From Kitasatospora purpeofusca (GTDB taxonomy: Bacteria > Actinomycetota > Actinomycetes > Streptomycetales > Streptomycetaceae), in assembly GCF_000718025.1 (NCBI RefSeq), contig NZ_JODS01000002.1, forward strand, positions 405,972 to 429,971: 24,000 nucleotides of DNA, written 5' to 3'. Below, piece after piece: positions 20,412 through 24,000 of this stretch. The notes under the pieces were generated by a model that was not told the origin of the DNA, made no database searches, and saw only the letters and a list, made by a program, of their open reading frames with translations. The position numbers and the translations under genes are program-made. Numbering within the stretch: position 1 is the stretch's first letter; the number at the start of each line of letters is the position of its first letter.

Positions 20412-21692
20412 ATGCCCACTGCCTCCCCGCAGCCTGCGCCGAACCGGCGCGCCCTCGGCCGCCACCCCGCGCCCCGCCACGCCCGTCCCTCCCACCGGGG
20501 CCGCAGCGCCGCCCTCGCCGCCACCGGGGCGCTCGCCGTCACCGGTGCCGGACTGCTCGGCCTGCCGGCCGTGACCGGCGCCCAGGCCGCCGCCCTGCCG
20601 ACCGTCACCCAGGACAAGCTCGCCCCGGCCGCCATGGTCGCGGGCAAGGCGGCGACCGGCTCGCTCACCCTGCACTCCTCGTCCTGCTTCACCGCGAAGA
20701 CCGTCGGCGTCGGCATCCGCGACGCGGCCGGGCACAACCTCGACTTCCCCGGGAACAAGAGCAACGTCCAGGTCTGCCCGGCCGGCCTGACGGTCACCAC
20801 CGGCGCGCGCACCCTGGCCGCCGGCACCTACACCCAGTTCGGCTTCTGGCAGGACAGCACCGGCGGCTGGCACAACCTGCCCTCCCGCGAGCTCGTCGTC
20901 TCCGCCGCCACCCCGACGCCGACCCCGACGCCGACGCCCACCCCCACGCCGACCCCCACGCCGACCCCGACGCCGACCACCCCCACCACGGGTGCCCCGG
21001 TCGCGGGCAAGACGCTCACCTGGTCCGACGACTTCAACAGCCTCGCCCTGGGTTCCCGCTGGACCGCCGACCGGAGCAGCTCCTACCACTACGGCGACCA
21101 CAACCCGAACGACAACAAGCTCGACTGGCTGAACAAGAACAACGTCGCCGTCTCCGGCGGCGTCGCCACCTTCACCGCCCGGCCGGGCACGCACACGCTG
21201 GAGAACGGCAAGCAGGCCTGGGACACCGGCCTGCTCACCACCGAGTACTCCAGCGAGGGCTTCAAGGTGAAGACCGGGGACTACATCGAGACCCGGGTCA
21301 AGCTCCCGGCCGGCACCGGCGCCTGGCCGGCGCTGTGGACGTGGAACAGCACCAGCGGCACCCACGGGGAGATCGACTCCTTCGAGTACCACAGCGACAA
21401 CCCGAACCTGCTGGAGCTGACCAACCACATCAACCCGGGCCACCTGTACGTCACCGACGCCAAGGCGATCGCCAAGGACAGCTGGGTCACCGTCGGCACC
21501 CACTACGGCGCCACCTCGGTCGACTGGTACATCAACGGCACCAAGGTCTTCTCCGACGGCAAGGGCGTCGGCGCCGGCTGGACGGCCTACCCGATCCTCA
21601 ACCTGTCCCTGAGCGCGGGGAACTACCACCCCGCGCCCTCGGGCACCACGCCGATCACCTTCGCGGCGGACTACGTCCGGGTCTACCGGTAG
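20412..21692 (+). CDS. Secreted glycoside hydrolase family 16 protein (unknown N-terminal domain, Thr-Pro linker, GH16 catalytic domain)
   Basis: 426 aa. Arg-rich N-region plus hydrophobic signal ending AQA. A domain of about 105 aa of unknown family. (TP)n linker at nt 20910-20984. GH16 hallmarks WPALW and the catalytic E-I-D-S-F-E (GEIDSFEY), with a concanavalin-like C-terminus ...ITFAADYVRVYR. Confidence 0.85.
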   Translation: MPTASPQPAPNRRALGRHPAPRHARPSHRGRSAALAATGALAVTGAGLLGLPAVTGAQAAALPTVTQDKLAPAAMVAGKAATGSLTLHSSSCFTAKTVGVGIRDAAGHNLDFPGNKSNVQVCPAGLTVTTGARTLAAGTYTQFGFWQDSTGGWHNLPSRELVVSAATPTPTPTPTPTPTPTPTPTPTPTTPTTGAPVAGKTLTWSDDFNSLALGSRWTADRSSSYHYGDHNPNDNKLDWLNKNNVAVSGGVATFTARPGTHTLENGKQAWDTGLLTTEYSSEGFKVKTGDYIETRVKLPAGTGAWPALWTWNSTSGTHGEIDSFEYHSDNPNLLELTNHINPGHLYVTDAKAIAKDSWVTVGTHYGATSVDWYINGTKVFSDGKGVGAGWTAYPILNLSLSAGNYHPAPSGTTPITFAADYVRVYR

Positions 21693-21716
21693 CAGTCACC
21701 GGTCCGGGGCCGACGG

Positions 21717-22340
21717 TCAGACGATCGGCCTCGGACCGGTGGACTCGACGACCTCGATCGTGAACGGCTGCCGGTTGTTGCTCTCGATCCGGTCGTCGTC
21801 GCCGCGCACCGCGACATAACCGCCGGCCAGCGTGCCGAGGGGGACCTCGGGGGAGAGCCGGAGCGGGATCAGCGCGGTCGCGCTGCGGAACTTCGGCAGA
21901 CCGGCCGGGAAGGTGCAGCGCACCCGGTGGCCGTTCTGGAACTCGTAGCAGTTCTCCGGGAAGAACGGCGGCTCGGCCGTGACCCCCTCGGGCAGGGTGA
22001 TCACGACGGTGAACGGCGAGGCGGTCCGGTCCGGGCCGAGGTTGCCGACGAAGGCGTGCAGGACGGTGCTGCCGCCGGGCGCGGCCGGGTCCGGGTCGAT
22101 CCGGACGACGTAGAGGTCGGAGTTCGAGGGCACGGCCGCCACCGCCGGGTCGGCGGTCGTGCCCGGGGCCGGGGCGCCGGGGTCACCGGCCCCCGGTGCC
22201 GGGGCGCCCACCCCGGGCGCGGGCGCCTTGTCGTCCGGCGGACAGACCGCCCCGGCCTGCCCGGCGGCCAGCACCGCCACCACGCACCCCGTCACCAACG
22301 ACCTGCCGAGAAGCCTCCGAACGGAACCGCTGCGGGTCAT
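21717..22340 (-). CDS. Secreted hypothetical protein
   Basis: 207 aa. N-terminal signal-like MTRSGSVRRLLGRSLVTGCVVAVLAAGQAGA, a Pro/Ala/Gly-rich spacer, then a beta-rich domain of about 130 aa with Cys residues (…ENCYEF…VRCTF…). Good GC3. I do not recognise a family. Confidence 0.65.
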   Translation of the reverse strand: MTRSGSVRRLLGRSLVTGCVVAVLAAGQAGAVCPPDDKAPAPGVGAPAPGAGDPGAPAPGTTADPAVAAVPSNSDLYVVRIDPDPAAPGGSTVLHAFVGNLGPDRTASPFTVVITLPEGVTAEPPFFPENCYEFQNGHRVRCTFPAGLPKFRSATALIPLRLSPEVPLGTLAGGYVAVRGDDDRIESNNRQPFTIEVVESTGPRPIV

Positions 22341-22507
22341 CGCCGCTCACCCAACCCTTCGTGTCCGGCGCACCCGCGCCGTCGCGGGCCGCGTCCGGAC
22401 CAGCGTCGCCGACGGGTCTCCGGGGTTGGGGCAACCCGCCCTCGGACGGGTCCAAGGGTGGCTCGAACGGGTGAACGCCCGCGCGCGTCGCCCGCACTGA
22501 ATCCGCG

Positions 22508-23365
22508 TCAGGGGGCCAGGACCTGGCCCAGCCGGGCCGCGATCCCGTGCATCACGGGCACCAGCGAGGCCGCGCCGGCCTGCTCCTCCAGCGCCCTGAT
22601 CCGGGCCTCCGGGCCGGAGACGGAGAGCGCCGTCGGGGTCGGCGCGCCGGGCACGGCGAGGGCGATGCAGCGCACCCCGATCTCCTGCTCCTGGTCGTCG
22701 ACCACATATCCGCGCTCGCGCGCCTCGGCGAGCTGGGCCATCAGCTCCTGCGGGTCGGTGACGGTGTGCGGGGTGTGCGCGGGCAGCGGGTTGGGGCCGA
22801 GCACGGCGCGCGCCTCCTCGTCGGGCAGCTGCGCCAGCAGCGCCTTGCCGACGCCGGTGCAGTGCGGCTGCACCCGGCGGCCGACCTCGGTGAACATCCG
22901 CATCGAGCGCCGCGACTGCACCTGCCCGACGTAGACCACCTCGCCGCCCTCCAGCACCGCGAGGTTGGCGGTCTCGCCGGTGGCCTCCATGAGTTCGGCC
23001 AGGTAGGGGCGGGCCCAGCTGCCGAGCAGTCGCCCGGCGGTCTCGCCGAGCCGGATCAGCCGCGGGCCGAGGGTGTAGCGGCGCGCGGTGTCCTGGCGGA
23101 CATAGCCCTGCTGCACGAGGGTACGAACCAGGCGATGGATGGTCGGCATCGGCAGTCCGGAGGAGGTGGAGAGCTCGCTGAGCGTCGCCACGCCGCCGGA
23201 GTCGGCGAGCGCCTCCAGCAGTTGGAAGGCCCGTTCGACGGACTGCACCCCGCCGCCGGTGCGCTCCGGCGCCGTCGTGGCGGGCGCCTTCGGGGCGCCG
23301 CCCTCGCCGTTCGCGGTGCTCCCGCTGCTTTCGGTGCTCTCACTGCTCTCGGAGGTCGGGGCCAC
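22508..23365 (-). CDS. IclR family transcriptional regulator (AllR-like, divergent from malate synthase)
   Basis: 285 aa, GTG start at 23365. wHTH ...[50 protein letters not shown]... and an IclR effector domain (...[12 protein letters not shown]..., ...[20 protein letters not shown]...). The arrangement next to aceB resembles the Streptomyces allR/aceB neighbourhood. Confidence 0.9.
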   Translation of the reverse strand: MAPTSESSESTESSGSTANGEGGAPKAPATTAPERTGGGVQSVERAFQLLEALADSGGVATLSELSTSSGLPMPTIHRLVRTLVQQGYVRQDTARRYTLGPRLIRLGETAGRLLGSWARPYLAELMEATGETANLAVLEGGEVVYVGQVQSRRSMRMFTEVGRRVQPHCTGVGKALLAQLPDEEARAVLGPNPLPAHTPHTVTDPQELMAQLAEARERGYVVDDQEQEIGVRCIALAVPGAPTPTALSVSGPEARIRALEEQAGAASLVPVMHGIAARLGQVLAP

Positions 23366-23429
23366 CGGCGTTCCCTTCGCGGTCGGAGGAGGAGTACAGT
23401 CCCAGCGATCATCTCAACAAACCGTTGAA

Positions 23430-23467
23430 ATTCTGTATCGCGGAAACTAGTCTCCACCTTACAGAAT
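23430..23467. promoter_or_regulatory. Inverted repeat ATTCTGTA-N22-TACAGAAT in the A/T-rich divergent promoter region (candidate IclR operator)
   Basis: Perfect 8-bp arms at 23430-23437 and 23460-23467, in the lowest-GC stretch of the window (…caacaaaccgttgaaattctgtatcgcggaaactagtctccaccttacagaatcaag…). Confidence 0.4.
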
Positions 23468-23496
23468 CAAGCCCTCCACTTAGGAGTGTCCTGCTC

Positions 23497-24000
23497 ATGG
23501 CTGCAGATCAGGGACCCGGAGCTTCCCCCACCGCTCCGGTCGTCACGGTCGCGGGTCCGCGCGTCCACCGGGCCGAGGAGGTGCTCACTCCGGAGGCGGT
23601 CGCCTTCGTCGTCGGCCTGCACCGCTCCTTCGAGGGCCGGCGCCGCGAGTTGCTCGCCCGCCGCCGGGAGCGCCGCGCGGAGATCGCCCGCACCGGCACC
23701 CTGGACTTCCTGCCCGACACGGCCGGGGTCCGCGCCGCCGACTGGCGGGTCGCCGAGGCGCCGAGGGCGCTCCAGGACCGCCGGGTCGAGATCACCGGCC
23801 CCACCGACCGCAAGATGGTGATCAACGCGCTCAACTCCGGCGCGAAGGTCTGGCTCGCCGACTTCGAGGACGCCACCTCCCCGACCTGGGAGAACGTGGT
23901 GAGCGGTCAGATCAACCTGATCGACGCCTTCGAGGGCCGGATCGACTTCGCCACCGACGCGGGCAAGAGCTACACCCTGCGCCCGGCCGCCGAACTCGCC
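23497..24000 (+). CDS. aceB: Malate synthase A (5' partial, continues beyond the window)
   Basis: ATG 23497 with TAGGAG upstream. The translation ...[47 protein letters not shown]... is the conserved malate synthase A N-terminal region. The frame is open to the window end, so it is absent from the ORF track. Confidence 0.95.
   Translation, partial: MAADQGPGASPTAPVVTVAGPRVHRAEEVLTPEAVAFVVGLHRSFEGRRRELLARRRERRAEIARTGTLDFLPDTAGVRAADWRVAEAPRALQDRRVEITGPTDRKMVINALNSGAKVWLADFEDATSPTWENVVSGQINLIDAFEGRIDFATDAGKSYTLRPAAELA

Overview
Very high-GC actinomycete chromosomal DNA, Streptomyces/Kitasatospora-like (GTG starts, ATGA/GTGA coupled genes, Thr-Pro linkers, a conservon). I saw no rRNA, tRNA, CRISPR array, transposase or integrase. 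Gene order: (1) the tail of an upstream ORF followed by a conservon-type roadblock/LC7, DUF742 and small GTPase triplet; (2) a 42-codon Cys-containing short ORF (sORF) and an orphan OmpR-type winged-helix regulator; (3) an IclR regulator divergent from a sulfonate/organosulfur scavenging operon (leader sORF, DszB-like protein, ssuA, ssuC, ssuB, second cytoplasmic binding-protein-fold protein, ssuD); (4) a convergent YghZ/Gpr-like aldo-keto reductase; (5) a third Cys sORF ahead of an LLM flavin monooxygenase; (6) a tetR, DUF4865, carboxymuconolactone-decarboxylase-family and phosphotriesterase-family operon with a striking palindromic operator; (7) an SDR/TetR divergent pair; (8) a membrane-anchored esterase; (9) a small MoaF-like gene; (10) a cyclic-di-AMP (ydaO-type) riboswitch ahead of a secreted GH16 glycoside hydrolase; (11) a secreted hypothetical protein; (12) an AllR-like IclR regulator divergent from malate synthase (5' partial). 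The most interesting signal is three Shine-Dalgarno-led sORFs that all carry the rare-codon string TGT TGT CGC (Cys-Cys-Arg). Two of them share an identical 18-nt block ending in the stop codon. Each is followed by a C-rich, G-poor tract, and two sit directly upstream of sulfur-scavenging genes. I read them as a family of cysteine-sensing leader-peptide attenuators. Secondary signals are the riboswitch/GH16 pairing, unrelated short tandem-repeat arrays at three of the convergent gene junctions, and DszB-like cytoplasmic binding-protein-fold proteins inside the ssu operon.
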